A stretch of DNA of 64,000 nt from Octopus vulgaris (lineage: Eukaryota). A program made the translations under genes and the position numbers. Shown here piece after piece: positions 50,061-64,000 of this stretch (the first letter of the stretch is position 1; each line of letters starts with the position of its first letter). Below the pieces are notes generated by a model that was not told the DNA's origin, ran no database searches, and was given only the letters and a program-made list of their open reading frames with translations. The stretch lies in NCBI GenBank assembly GCA_951406725.2, contig OX597822.1, positions 65,968,001 through 66,032,000 on the forward strand, given 5' to 3'.

Positions 50061-53000
50061 TAAAGTTTAGATTATGTACCGCTCAATACTTCACTTATCA
50101 GCCTAGTTGACTATGATGCTAGATCGGTATCGCAGATGGTAGAATAGACTGAGATTCGGCGGAGAAATAGTAAATACCAAAACCTATATGACTGAAAACA
50201 GAGTGAAACACTAAAACTGAAATGCTTCTGACTATAGGTATGCTTAGTTACGGCTGACGTGAGTATAGATGGTCAACGAATTCTCTAACCGCTATGTCAG
50301 CTAAAGTGGCAAAGTAACAAACCTAGAAACCGATCCAATAAAGAACAATAAACTCAGCTAACATGAAAATCAACATCAACGAACAAAGTATCCAAATAAA
50401 CAACCACCCAACCAAACAAACAAATAAACAAATAACCCTCACTGTTTACCAGTGAAGAAGATGTCCCTCCAATAAGCTCGTCAGCCTGCAGCCAGTCAGT
50501 CAACCAGCTAGCCAGCAAGCCAGCGCGAAGCTGTGAGCAAGGCAGCATTGTACTCTTCTTAAAAATGCATGTCATCTGACTTAGCTGCTTTTGATATTCC
50601 ACGCTGGTGGCATTGAAAAAGGTCAAATCATTATAGAAAGGACGATTTTATTCCAAATCTCATCACTCTGGGTAAACAGCGTGAAATTATAACTTGCATT
50701 ACACATGATTAACAGAAAAATACGTGGCATCTAACTTACTTTTCTTTCTTTATCGTTTTCTGGGAGGTTCTGTTTCTCTTAGGCAGTCAGAAGCATGCGT
50801 ATATGCATTTACGTAAGCGAAATGTGTCTGTGAGTCTGTCAGGGTGAGGTGCGAGTTGTGTTGTACCTAATGCATGATTGCGAGTGAGCACGAGATTTTT
50901 AGTGTAAACATGAATGTATATGTACATATATATATATATGTGCATATGTGTGTGTGTGTATATATATATATACATACATATATATATATATATACATACA
51001 TACATATATATGAACATATATATATATATACATACATACATGCATATATACATGCATACATATATACGCACATATACATATACATTTCTGTGTATACTTA
51101 TGCATGTAAAAATCCTAGGTTTATTCATTTAATAGCGTTTTTTTCCACAAGATTTGCATTTATGTGTCTTGGAATTTGTAAGCCTAGTTCTCTTACATAT
51201 TCAAGCACTAAAACAACTACAAAAATACATATGTAAAAGAAACATACACACACAAAATCACATCCTTACAAGCACACACGTATAATGTAGTATATATATG
51301 CATATATTACAAGGTAAATCGTGGTGAGCTTATAGAGTTATTTTTCACCAAAGTGCTTCAGAGAGGTTAATATATACTATGAATCTATGGTAATAACTAT
51401 GTAGAAAGAAAGAATAATTGAGGAAATTTGATTTCTAAAACACGATACAAAAAAAGAAGTAAGCGTAATTTTATATATGTTGTAAAGTAAACATACCGCT
51501 TTGCTTTTCTCTATTTTCGCATCAGTTTCGTAGACTTTGCTTGGAAGAGTAAATTTGCTAAGTGTATTATCAAAGAATTTAGACTTTCATAGAGATAGCT
51601 TCAGGATGAAGGTAAGCGGATGTGTATTGCTAGCGTTTTATGTGCAGATGAATCTAACATCGTTTGCATAAAAATTATTGGTGAAATTAGAACTTGAGAT
51701 TATATATCAGCAACCGAAAAACTTGGACTGTACCGGGCACATCTCGGACGCGGTTATATTCTAGCACTACGCATTGGTATGTACCTTGGTTCCATCATCA
51801 TCTGTCTATTGAGATGAGGATTTCTGTGCACTGTAAATGTGTTGTCTTGAATTGTTTCCTAATTTGCTTTGAGCATTGTAGCTATCACTACTTGAACCGC
51901 ATGGTAAGTCGACAGGCGATTGTCATAATTGCAAAACGAGTGTAGGAGCGGGATTACGAAGTAATTGTTTCGAATCATTGCATCAAACTGGGCGTTCGTA
52001 TCTTATTCGTCGCTTTACGCACTTACAGTTTCTTATTGATAAGGTCTGACATCACCGTGGGCAGCCGCACAATATTTCAGCTTTACAGGACAGTTATAAC
52101 TATTTCAGGACGTTACTTAGTCTCATGGGTAGTTATATTATTTTTCATAATATACATTATGTAATATATATTGTATTGTTTTGGTCACCGAAACGCCTAA
52201 TGTGGAGATATTGCTTAATTTAATCGTTTTTTGAAAAATCTGTAAGAAGTCTTCAGGTAACCTTTTACTGCAACTTTCCTGTTTGTATTATTTGATAGTC
52301 TTATCTAAGTTTTAACGTAGTTGTTATGTCGTTGAATTTAGCTGAGATATGTATTAGAGGAGATTATTTTGAGTGTTTATATTTAATATTATGTAAATGG
52401 ATACTGCATTGAATCCTCTTCGATTGCAGAGTATAAAACAAGATTTTCCACTTGTAAGTCATTGATGCATATGTACGCTTGATTGGTTACTATCACCTTT
52501 TAATTTTATACATATAATTGTGTTGCTGTAAATTTTAAATCGGGGACATGCAAAAATAATTTAAGATTCTTTTTGATTATTTTTTTATAGTTTTCTATAA
52601 ATGTATTTGTATCACATTCATTTCCACGTAGGTCTTTTGGTATATTCCCTATATCTAGAGTTATTTTATAGCTGCGATTTCTAAAACTTTCTCGGATATT
52701 AAAATTTAATGATATTTTGGTTTTAAGAGCAAATTGCAATAAAGGCTGAAAAGAGTAATTTTGTCTTCAATGAGTATAAATAGGACATGTTGAGAATTTA
52801 CCATCTTGTATGTGTAGATAAATATTTTCTTTTGAAGAGTTTGCTTAATTTATTTCTATTGCTACGCGTAACCCGTCATCAGAGAGTTGTCGATGTATTA
52901 TTCATAACTGGCAATGTTAATATAGCAAAATATATGCTCCTTCCTCACTAATTTATTTAGAACTTTCTCTAACTGTTAAAATACTGCTTCAATTTTTTTC

Positions 53001-53567
53001 TCTTTCCTATGAATGTACGTCTATAATTCCTTCGATCAATTATCAATATCTTCCGGAACTCTGTGGTGCAAATTTTGTTTTTTTATCTTGCTTCGTTGTT
53101 CTAGTTTAAGTACAAAAAAAAAAAAAAACCGAAACATCAAACTCCGGTGGTAAAGGCTACATCGATGTCTTTGAATCTACCTGCTATGAAAATATAGTGA
53201 CACATGCCAATATAACTTTTGTTAATAATGAAAACACGAAAGTCTAGAAATGTTCATAATGGATGAAGGAACTTTGGTATTCCAAATAAACTGCATAGAA
53301 AAATGTACGTAAATAGGAAAAAGAAGTGATAAATAAGAAAAAACATGCCAAATATGTCACAGGGGAAAAGGGTTACTCGTGTATATGTATGTATGGATGG
53401 ATGTTTGTTTGTATGTATGTATGTTTGTATGTATGTATGTATGTTTGTTTGTATGTATGTATGTTTGTATGTATGTATGTATGTATTTATGTATGTATGC
53501 AACTTAGTGTGTATGGGTATGCATTATGTCCATCTCTCTCACTCTCTCTGCATTTAACTACCTATCT

Positions 53568-53609
<42 letters not shown>

Positions 53610-53787
53610 CAATTAAGGACAACTACTTAATAAGGAAAACTTAACAAGAAATTGTCAGGTAGATAGCGTGAAAACCTCATAAGAGAATAAATTTCGAAAA
53701 TAATTATTTCTTATTGAACATATTAATTTAAATATATATATATTGAACATATTTAAATATATATATATATTGAACATATTAATTTAA

Positions 53788-53824
<37 letters not shown>

Positions 53825-53891
53825 GGCGTGTGTATACGCACGCAGACACATGTATATATATGCTTACATAGATAATCTATTTCTCTCTCTC

Positions 53892-53941
<50 letters not shown>

Positions 53942-53948
53942 AGATTTT

Positions 53949-53993
<45 letters not shown>

Positions 53994-53996
53994 TGG

Positions 53997-54041
<45 letters not shown>

Positions 54042-54405
54042 TGCGTGTGTCCCTTATGCATTCGAAGTCTGAATTGCAGATTTTGATCTATGGGGTAGCA
54101 AAATATTCAGTAAACTTTCGGCAACCCCCAAAATTCCATTTTCCTTTACATATTTTCTACGTTGTGTAAACAACCAGCTTTTGTTATTTGTAAGACGCTG
54201 CTCTACAACGACCAGGTTTCATTAGCAAGTGAAAATAGTTTCACACTTTCAATTTGAACCAAAATTACTGTGTTGTATTACGGGACTGACAATGTGTGAA
54301 TAATGAAAATATTGTTTCTTCGAATTAGTCACATCTCTACTATAATAAAGCAAGCTGCTTATCATCTGTCTATATACAGATCAATATCAGTGCAACCAAA
54401 TAAAC

Positions 54406-54467
<62 letters not shown>

Positions 54468-54479
54468 GCGTGCGTGTAT

Positions 54480-54685
54480 GCTTGTGTGTCTGTGTTTGTC
54501 CGTCCACTATCGCTTGACAATCGATGTTGGTGTGTTTACGCCTCCGTAACTTAGAGGTTCGGTAAATACGGTCGATAGAATAGTTACTAAGCTAAGAAGG
54601 AATAAGTCCTAGGTCGATTTGTTCGACTAAGGTCGATACTGAAGCATGGCCTCAGTCAAATAACTGAAATAGATAAAAGAATAAA
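54480..54685 (+). mobile_element. SINE family B, 3' half
   Basis: gtgtttgtcc..atcgcttgacaatcgatgttggtgtgtttacg..gatagaata..gaataagtcct..gcatggcctcagtcaaataactgaaa. Confidence 0.78.
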
Positions 54686-55009
54686 ATAAAATAATATGTG
54701 TGTGTGTGTTCCTGTGTGTGTGTGCGTGTGTGTGTGTGTGTGTGTGTTCCTGTATACGGTAGCAGGAAAGGTGCTCAGAGAGTGGCGGTGAAACAGAATG
54801 TTTTGCAGCCGTCCTAGCAGTTCCCTTTGCTCGGAAGCCTTTTTCCCCTACGACTTCACTGCTGTTTGTGCAAACGGTAGCTAGACACAGCCGGGCAGCT
54901 TTGCCATTGTAGGTCTTCCACAAGACAAAATTCTATAACATATAACAAGAACTATCCCTTCGGACGCTCTAAATAATCTGCTCATACACCAACTTCGACT
55001 GGCCTTGCT

Positions 55010-55130
55010 ATTATCAACCCTGAAATAACAAAAGGCAAAGTTATCCTCGGCCGAATTTGAACTCAGTGTGCAGAGCGTCAGCGCAAATTTGGCAAGGCAT
55101 TCCATTCGCTGAATTAACAAGTCTGCCAGT
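55010..55130 (-). mobile_element. Degenerate SINE family A
   Basis: attatcaaccctgaaa..aaaggcaaagttatcctcggccgaatttgaactcag. Confidence 0.6.
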
Positions 55131-55278
55131 TAATCTCAATAGACATAAGCACTCTTTTACACAAACTCATATAATATCCATTCACGCACATAGCTTCAAT
55201 GATACCTCCACTCACACCACGTTTTTCTGTCTGTCTATCTATCTATCTATATATCTATCTATCTACGTCTTTTGCATG

Positions 55279-55372
55279 TGTGCTTGTGTGTGTGTCTATG
55301 TCGGGTGTGCTTGCGTGTGTGTCTATGTTGGGTGTGCTTGTGTGTGTGTCTATGTTGGGCGTGCTTGTGTGT
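55279..55372. repeat. 27-bp minisatellite, about 3.5 copies
   Basis: Unit tgtgcttgYgtgtgtgtctatgtYggg. Confidence 0.85.
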
Positions 55373-58115
55373 TTGCGCATGTGCGTCATGGGGGTATGTG
55401 TGTATAACTATGTGTCTCTATATAAGATACATTTTCTAGGGTGTCTCTATGTATATATATATACCTGCATATTTCATGTTAGAGCCATAGAAAATGAAAT
55501 AGCACCCCCACCCCCACTGAAGTATTCCATATATTGCAACAATTATTCATGACAATGTTAGATAATCGACAGTCTACATTTGCAACATCTGTCGTTCTTT
55601 CAACAAATCTCCTAGAGAAAAAAAAATTAATGCTTTCACCACCCACCACCCTCTTCAAATGAACTAATGCGGCAAGCATCGTATATTAAATCTGAAGATC
55701 CTCTCCTCTGATACCGCAATCTAACCCCTGTTTGATTTTCATTTTAATTCTAATTCATTTCAGTTCGGTTGGTAATGGCCGGAGGCAGAGTTAAACAATG
55801 TAAGCACCCATTTTATCCTTTCTTAAACGTTTTAGGTTTCACGCATTCTTGGAGAATGTAACGAGAACTCATTCATGCGTATCCTCGCATATTGACGTCT
55901 CGAAGCGTATATCATTTAAAATAGAATGAAATGAGAGAGAACATATACATTAAAAAATAAATTTATGAACAATTTCAAAATGAATTTAAATCTACATTGT
56001 CTCATTTCATAAAGCTTTTGGGGAATATCTTCCAAACTTTCATTTTTGCAAGAGAAATTTTACATATTAAACAGCGCCATTTCTCAGGGGAGTAATTTTT
56101 CTAGTCATCTCTCTAATTATACATAAATCAAAGTTATCTAACCTTTTAAATGAATATTTGGGATTCGTGAAATGAGTCATGAAAGGATTATTACAGATTA
56201 AATCGAGATCCTTATTTTTTTCCCCAAAAAATTCTCCATTTCAATGTTACCATTATTTTTTGTCTTTGGTTTATTTATAAAATACTCAGACAATGGGTGT
56301 GTCATTGCTCGATGACCTGTACTGTTTCTATGTGGTTGATACCTTCAAACATCTGGAAGTTACATTAACCACCAAAGTTAGGCTTACGTATCTCTTCATA
56401 TATTTTATTTTGATTGTATATTTATTATACTTGTATTGTTCAAAATCTTTAAGATATGCTCGAATCAATTTGTATTCACTGCCTCACAAGAACTAGGAGT
56501 AACCATCTAGTGTATGTTCGAGCACAGTCGGCGCCCACCTAGCATTTTCATGCGTCAGACCATAACTATACATAGTATACTTAGGGTATGTCTGTCTTTC
56601 TCTTTCTGTCTCTCTCTTTCTCTCTGTCTCTGTTTCTGTCTCTCTCTCTTTCTGTTAAATCCCGCTATAACAGTTATGTGGCTTAGAATCGATGAAAACA
56701 TGAATACTTTCAATTACATGTCATCAGTTTAGAAATCTGTACCAACTGTATTGTTAAAATTTCGATCTGTACCTAGTTGGATTTCGACTCGATCTCACTA
56801 ACTTTTATAATGTTTTCCATCGGCCATAAACTTGTGCTTGAGATTTGGTATTTAGAAATTGTATAGAATCCCACAGTGAGTGAACTTAGCTCTTGAGTAC
56901 TTAATCCACCACTTTTGTAAGAATTCGGGTTAGGTTACCAGGCTTAGAATAACTTAATACCGTTCAACCACCAATTACAGGTGGTCTGTTGTATGTGATA
57001 CCCTTAATTAATAAGAAACAGAACTGAAATTTTCCTTGGGCGTTCTGCGATCATATTCTGCTAGAGATGCCTAAAATTTTCATTTAGCAGACATGCTTGT
57101 AACGTCCAACCAACCTATCGCAAATGTACTTTATTTTTATTCTGAACAAATAACTTCCAGTTTTAAAAGTATTTCTGTCTGCGAAGAAAATGCTGGGAAA
57201 TACAAACAATATTTTCATTGATGGTTTCAATTCTCGATTAAGATTGCATTGTGTTATGTACGAAATGTACATATTGCAAGGAGGATGTATGAAGGTAAAC
57301 TTTATAATTTTGCAGTTCATAAATATGTAGAGTTCATCAACTTTCATAGACAACTCCTATGCTACGAAAATGAATGATATTCATTATACAGCAATGAGGC
57401 TGAGATAATACATACTTTTACAATAAGTTATACAAAAGCGATACCTTTTTCTTTACTGGTTATGAATAGAATTTCTAAGTATATCATGGAACTCTTTTAT
57501 GCATTTTAGGAACAGAGTACATCTATGAAATATCTTTACACTGGCCTTTGATTACTTATCAAATTTTGTCTGTTCTCACTCAAGAGTAAAACATTTTCAG
57601 ATACACAGCTGCTCACTAGTAAACTAAACTTTTATTAATATTGTTATTACAATCCGCTGAACGATTTGAAGAGTTGGAGATAACTATATTATCCAATTCT
57701 AGTCTCTTTATGAAGCTATATTTCATACAATCCTATTTGAACAGAAACCAACACAAGTCTCCTTGGATTCCATTATATACGTATGTGTGTGTGTGTGTTT
57801 GTGTTTGTGTGCGTATGTGTGTGTATGTGTGTGTGGGTGTGTGTGTGTGTGAATATATACACGTTTGTATTTGAGAATATCAGTGTCGGATAATATATAT
57901 AATTAAATCAATAACATTGTCTGGTACTTCATTATTAATGCTTATACTGTCTTCACATAGAAATATATATACATATATATTAAATGTGTCTCAACATGTC
58001 GTTACATATTAAACTTTTCATCAGAATCCTAATTTCATAAAGTTATATGTCAAACTCAACACATCAGATCAGAACAACACTAAAAACGAATAAAACCCTA
58101 CCAACAAAAGCAGAG

Positions 58116-58410
58116 TGGAGCCATATGGCCTAGTGGTTAGAGCAGCGGATTCGAGATCGCGGGTTCGAATCACAGACCGGGCGATGTGTGTGTTTATGAG
58201 CAAAAAGAGCTAAGCTTTCACGCGGCTCCAGCAGGAAGTAATGGCAGAACTTCTGCTGACTCTTTCGCCACAACTTTCTGTCAATCTTTCCTCCTGCATT
58301 TTGGAGCTCACCTGCGACGGACCGGCGTCCCGTCTAGGTGGGGAACCTATACGCTAAAGAAACAGGGAAACCAGCCCTTATGAGTCAGGCATGGCTCGAG
58401 AAGGAACAAA
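58116..58410 (+). mobile_element. tRNA-derived SINE family C with imperfect 14-bp TSD
   Basis: TGGAGCCATATGGCCTAGTGGTTAGAGC, GGGTTCGAATC; TSD caacaaaagcagag (58102-58115) and caacacaagcacag (58411-58424). Confidence 0.88.
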
Positions 58411-58466
58411 CAACACAAGCACAGCATTGCAAGTGGCAATTATTATATTTATTATTATTATTATTA

Positions 58467-58504
<38 letters not shown>

Positions 58505-58505
<1 letters not shown>

Positions 58506-61500
58506 TATGTTTGACTTTTGCTTTATATTTGTACAAGTTGGCTCCAAGTCTCACCCAGAGACCTCAAGAGACAACAGGGTTGGAAGTTCATGTTGTTGTT
58601 ATGCCTAGTGTGCCATATATTTGGGGGGTGGGGATGTTGTACTAATTAATTTATAAAAAAAAAAAAAAATGTTTTTTTTTTTTTTTTTTTAAACCGAAAA
58701 TTATGTTTGTTTTAAACCTTGAGATTACATAGAGAGTATTTTGCGTAGGATATGAGCAGTTCCCATGAGCACTATCTTTTGAACTTCTGCCATTTTTGGG
58801 TTTCCTGGTATCTGAGTTAGGTAGCTATCAGCCCCTTTTGCTATCATTCCCAGGGCACCTATGACAACAGGTATTGTTTTAGTCTTCAGCTTCCACATTT
58901 TGCTGATTTCTATTTCAAGATCTTTATATTTGCTCAGTTTTTGGTAGGTCTTGACAGATACGTTTATATCGATTGGGACAGTCATATCAATGAGGAGGCA
59001 TGTTCTTTGTTTGAAGTTTTTCAATATGATGTCTGGCCTATTTGCATCTATCTTCCTGTCAGTTTGAATGGTGAAGTTCCAGAGGAGTGAGATGTGGTCA
59101 TTTTCAAGCACTGGGGGTGGTTTGTGTTCCCACCAGTTTTTTTCATGGGGCAAATCCAGGTTTTTACAGATTACCCAGTGAATATATTGTGCAGCTCTAT
59201 CGTGCCTGTTGAGATACTCTGTAGGCGCTAGAAGACTGCACTTGGAGACCACATGGTCAATGGTTTCATTTTGTTGCTTGCATACACGACACGTTGGACT
59301 GCTTCTGATCTTTAATATGTTGGCCTGGTAGTTTCTTGTTGGTAGGCATTGATCTTGAGCTGCTATGATAAACCCCTCTGTTTCAGATTTTAAGCCAGAG
59401 GCCATTAGCCATTGATGGGTCAGGGCTTTGTCGATATCTGCATTATTCGCTCTCTTTGGGTATTTGCCATAGAGAGGTTTTTCTTGCCATTTATTATTCA
59501 GAATATCTAAGGCCGCAGTTTTGGCACGGGTTTTCATGCGCCCAGCTTTTTCTGTGCTTGTTTCTTGTATATCTATCTCTAATTCCGAAATTGGTTGTAT
59601 TCGGAATTCACTTAGATATTCCTTTGCCTGTTTTGTGACTGAGTATGATGCTTTCTTGTTTTCATGTTTTGAGACAAGTTTTAGCATCCAGTCCTCAGAG
59701 TTTTTCAGGTAGGTGTCTAGGCCAATTGTAGCAATCTTCATTGTTATTGCCAGTTGCAAAAGACCACGGCCTCCCTCTTTTCTTGGCAGATAGAGTCGTT
59801 CTGTATCTGCCTTAGGGTGGTGCATTCTATGCATTGTCAACAGTTTCCTTATTTTTCTGTCGAGCTGACATATTTCAGTAATTGACCAGTTAACAATATT
59901 GAAACTGTAAGTCACGACTGGTATAGCTAATGCATTGATTGCTTCGATCCTGTTTCTTGCATTCAGCTCTGTCTTGAGTATTGCTCTCACTCTTCGATAG
60001 CATTCTCTCCTGATCCTTTCCTTCATCTCTGAATGCCTTATTCCGTTCCCTTCAATTATCCCTAGGTACTTGTAGCTCTCCGCTGGGTCTAGTTCTTTTA
60101 TGACATTCTGTTGGTCAAGGTTAACGTTAGATGTTTCTGTCATTTTTCCTTTGATAAAGGTAGCCTTTGCACATTTATCGAGGCCGAATTGCATTCTGAT
60201 GTCGTCACTGAATTGTTTGACTATCGCTAGTAAGCCCTTGAGTTGTTGATCATTTTTTGCAAAAAGCTTTAAATCATCCATGTAAACGAGATGATTTATA
60301 TTTTTATCAAACATTTTATACCCGTACTGCGCGTCATTGAGCAGCTTTGAGAGAGGTATTAAGGATAAACAAAAGAGGAGTGGTGACAGTGAGTCACCCT
60401 GGAAAATGCCACACGAAATTTTTACATCACCAGCATTTAGGGATTCACTGTCACTGTTCAGAGTTAGTGTGGTTCTCCATGATCTCATACTTACAGTCAA
60501 GAAGTTTCGCAGAGTTGGTGCTATCTTATACATTTCAAGGCATTTCCTAATCCAGCTATGTGGTAGGCTATCAAAAGCCTTTTTATAGTCTATCCAGGCT
60601 ATTGATAAGTTTTTGTGTCGTTTGTGACAATCTTCTAAGATCATCTTATTGATGAGTAGTTGGTCTTTACAGCCGTAGGATCCACGTTTACATCCTTTCT
60701 GTTCATTAGGGAATATGCTGCTGTCTGTTAAAAAACTATAGGTATATTCCGTCAGGACAGATGTTAGTGTTTTGTACATAGTTGTTAAGCAAGTTATGGG
60801 TCTATAGTTTTTTGGTTCATTTGTTTCTTCACTTTTTGGAAGCAGGAATGTTAACCCATTAACTAGCCAAGGAGGCATCCTACTAGGGTGTTGCAAAACA
60901 TCATTGTACAGTTCTGTTAGCAGTTCATGGCTCTCTGGGAAGGCATTCAGCCAGAAGTTAGGAATTTTATCCTTTCCTGGAGACTTCCATTTGCTTGACC
61001 TCCTGAGAGCAGATCTTATATCTTCTACCTTGACACCCTCCCACTTTTGCTCTTCTAAGGGGTCCAGTTCTGTAGATATTCTGTCAATCCAGGGGCCTTT
61101 TCGTTGTGTGTTTTTTCTTCTGCCCAGATTTTATTCCAAAATCTCTGCACTTCTTCTTTTGATGGTACAGACCCTGCAGTAAACGCTGTTTTTCCTATCT
61201 TCCTGTAAAAATTCTTGGTGTTATTTTTGAACATGTTGTTGTCCTTGAAAAATCTAACACGCTTTTCATACCTCGCTATGCGGGCAGCTTTGGCAGATAC
61301 CTTTTGTTTGATGGTTTCTATGGTGGCATCAATATCAAGTATAGTTTTCATATTGTATTTTTTCAGTAATTTTTGGGTTTTTGTAGGTTTGGTAATCTTG
61401 TGAGCCTTAAGGTTTTTCAAATATTCAATGCCAGATCTAAATATTTTAATTTGTTGTTGCAGACGCTCTTGCCAAGAAGGCTTTTTGTGGGACTGTTGCC

Positions 61501-62662
61501 GTTTTCTAATCTTTACACCACATAGGATCGTTGAGATTTTCGCGGATGCATAGTATAGGTGGTTGAGGTTTGTGATATCAACATCATTAACTGAAATTAT
61601 ATCCTTAAGTGCAAGCCGGATTTTACCAATTATTTTCATGTTTTGGTTAGAGTTGCGGATTTTAGGAAGTGTATCACGCTCATCCATGCTGGCTTCTTTA
61701 ATTTTCAGCCATTCAATCATGATTTGATTTTTTAGCTCATGTAGTTCTGTTGGGTCAATATTTGTGTGACTTTCTTTATCTATTTGATGCTCATCTGTCT
61801 TAGTGTTTATGATTGGTTCAGGGCGTATTTCACTTTGCCTATCACTTATACTAACTCTTTCAATCCTCTCTTCGTTTTTATCCGCCCTGGGCTGGTCTAT
61901 AATCATTTCCTCTGTATTATCTTCTCTCGCTGCAGCTTCGTTCATTTTATCCGATATTGCTTGTCTAACCTGATCAATCTCTACTTCAGTCAGTAATTTC
62001 TTTTTTATAATGTTTCTTCTAACATTGGCAAGCTTGTTACTGTCTATGTAGGGTCTTACTTCAGGGTGTTTCTGTCTCCAGTTTAAGTATGCTTGTACAG
62101 TGCTAGACTTATCTGTGGGGAAATATATGGCATGGTAGAAGGCCTCAAGAACTTCTTTATTATCTTCCCTAGACCATTTTTCCTTCTTTTTCTTTTGATT
62201 ATTTGGTGATGAGCATGGATGGCCATCTGTTGGAATATTCCGGTTGTGGGGTTCGTCCAGCTCCTGTGTGTTGGGAAGATTTGATCCAGTAACTGATCTT
62301 TCAATCAGGATTTGGTTCAATTTTCGGGTACGTGGTCTTTTGTAATCCGCGCAATGACCAATGCGGTTTATTGTTTGATTTGTTGACCTTGAAGCATGAC
62401 GAGCATCCATTCTTATATTAGGAGATGGATCTGTCAGTTTAGGGTTCACTACGTGTAAGCATTGCTCATAGCGCCGCTTCTTAAGACTAGCAGATCTATA
62501 TTCGTCTGTATTTTTTTTGTTGATAGTTTTATCTCCGGACATTTTTTTTTTTTTTTTTTCCTTTCCTCCTCTTCCTTTCTTCAAGGCTTACTGTGTTTGT
62601 ATTAGTTCGAAATAATGAGAATAAAATACGGAGAAGGAAACGAAAAGAAAGTGAAAAGGGAA
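58505..62662 (-). mobile_element. Apparently full-length non-LTR retrotransposon of the RLE type (R4/Dong-like clade) inserted in a (TAA)n microsatellite
   Basis: Single long ORF system bounded by (ATT)n tracts on the plus strand on both sides (58438-58504 and 62662-62758). Short 5' UTR and ~220-bp 3' UTR. Confidence 0.92.
58725..62542 (-). CDS. RT + CCHC zinc knuckle + PD-(D/E)xK restriction-like endonuclease polyprotein, ~1270 aa reconstructed; one apparent 1-nt deletion at 61092-61095
   Basis: WKSPGKDKIPNFWL, NYRPITCL, QKGC...CKDQL, WIDYKKAFDSLPH, GIFQGDSLSPLLF, YMDDLKL, YKYLG, CRVC..NETIDHVVSKC, RHD, RPDIIL..LIDMTVP..KLSKYKDL. Adding one C at GCC-CC-TGG joins the 509-aa ORF to an open frame (WIDRISTELDPLEEQKW...) that runs into the 723-aa ORF. 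The start could be 62542 or the later ATG at 62410. Confidence 0.9.
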
Positions 62663-62737
<75 letters not shown>

Positions 62738-62981
62738 CATTATTATCATCATTATTATTTACATCATCAGTACATATAATTTTCTCTGAGTATCTGATAC
62801 TTTATACGCCATACCGCAGTATAAGAATATTAAGCATTCCAACAATGTCACACTATCTCATCATATAACAGCACATTGCAGTCACATAATCGACGAAGGG
62901 AACTTAACGTGATAGTGAAGCTGCAAGTTATATTTCATATTCTAGCATCCCATCTTGAAAAGACAAGCATACATTTGAAAG

Positions 62982-63032
<51 letters not shown>

Positions 63033-63246
63033 GTTTTCTTCAGTTTCTATTTCTTCTGGTTACTCTTAATATCCTTCTTATCGCTTGCTCGAAAATTCCC
63101 CTCTTCTTCCCTTCGTTCCCGACTCCTTAATCTTACTTTTTTCTCCCTCTCTTCTTGTCCTTCCTGTTCTGTATTCTTTAACAGGTTCCTCCTCCTCCCC
63201 GCTTCTTCTTTCTCGTGTTGTCCTCCTTCGTCACAACTTCTTCAGT

Positions 63247-63308
<62 letters not shown>

Positions 63309-63920
63309 TTTCTTCTAGCATTTGTTGCTGTGATAACTTTATTTTTCATCGTCAAGAATCACTCTGCTCCATGAGATTCGGTAGATCTTTATAGTTCCAT
63401 GCTGGTCGATTCAGCGAATAGCATCAACGTAGCTAAATGCATTTTGTCCTATATTAAGGTGTGAAAGTATAAAAATATGACCTGTTTTTCTTCACAACAG
63501 TGGCGACCCAAAAATCTACTCTGCTTTCAGCAAAAATATTAAATACTATTAAGTTGGTGCATAATTATTGCAGCTTTTTTTTCAATAAATTTCATTCAAC
63601 AAAAACAAAGGTTAACAAAAACATCTTTAAATGGTTATTCCGGAGCATATTCACAATCTACTTTAATTTCCGCTTGGCGTTATGTTTATATTTTTCGTTG
63701 AATAAAATTTATTGGAAAAAAGCCGCAATAACTATGCACCAACCAAATATAGTGAGCTTCTCAGAACCTGGTAATCAGGTTATTTCCAAGTCAGCGAGAG
63801 TGGCTAGCTTTCTACCGTATGGAGCCAAATCCCAAAGTTTGAAACGCGATCTTTAAGATTCTGCTGATTAACTGAAAATATTTTATGGATATATTCCATT
63901 TTTCTTTTTCTCAATGATAA

Positions 63921-64000
<80 letters not shown>

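Noticed and set aside
50178-50242. Possible hammerhead (ctgaaaa..gaaa between cctata and tatagg)
   Set aside because: The core is not CUGANGA and pairing next to the core fails.
51480-53050. Possible ancient LINE remnant on the minus strand (RQNYSFQPLLQFAL)
   Set aside because: One motif-like peptide is not enough to call without an alignment search.
57050-57600. Possible Penelope GIY-YIG remnant (GVVYE..)
   Set aside because: The second half of the motif and any RT context could not be found.
61055-61100. Two-ORF organisation or programmed frameshift in the RLE element
   Set aside because: R4-type elements have a single ORF, no X-XXY-YYZ slippery heptamer is present at the break, and a 1-nt homopolymer loss explains it.

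Overview
AT-rich, microsatellite-dense eukaryotic DNA with no host exon I can support; it looks intronic or intergenic. The SINE families resemble Octopus/cephalopod repeats, which is an inference from recognition and not a database result. Almost all short ORFs in the track are artefacts of simple repeats. The real coding content is transposable elements. (1) A full-length 6.1-kb Helitron (32308-38451, minus) with exact A|TC...hairpin-CTAG|T ends and a ~1620-aa RepHel ORF carrying only one 2-nt deletion and one TGG>TGA stop; it has an N-terminal array of 23-aa repeats. (2) An apparently full-length ~4.2-kb R4/Dong-type RT plus restriction-like-endonuclease (RLE) retrotransposon (58505-62662, minus) sitting in a (TAA)n tract, one homopolymer base from intact. 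(3) A decayed piggyBac with splice signals just ahead of its ATG. (4) Several 5'-truncated RLE elements stacked in (TAA)n and, for a different family, in (CATA)n tracts. (5) RTE and other LINE remnants, a Tigger-like MITE, and many tRNA-derived SINE copies in three modular families, several nested with visible target-site duplications (TSDs). There is also a 142-bp near-perfect hairpin and a degenerate minimal hammerhead ribozyme motif. I see no clearly novel multi-gene system. The best leads are the microsatellite-targeting RLE retroelements, especially the CATA-associated family.
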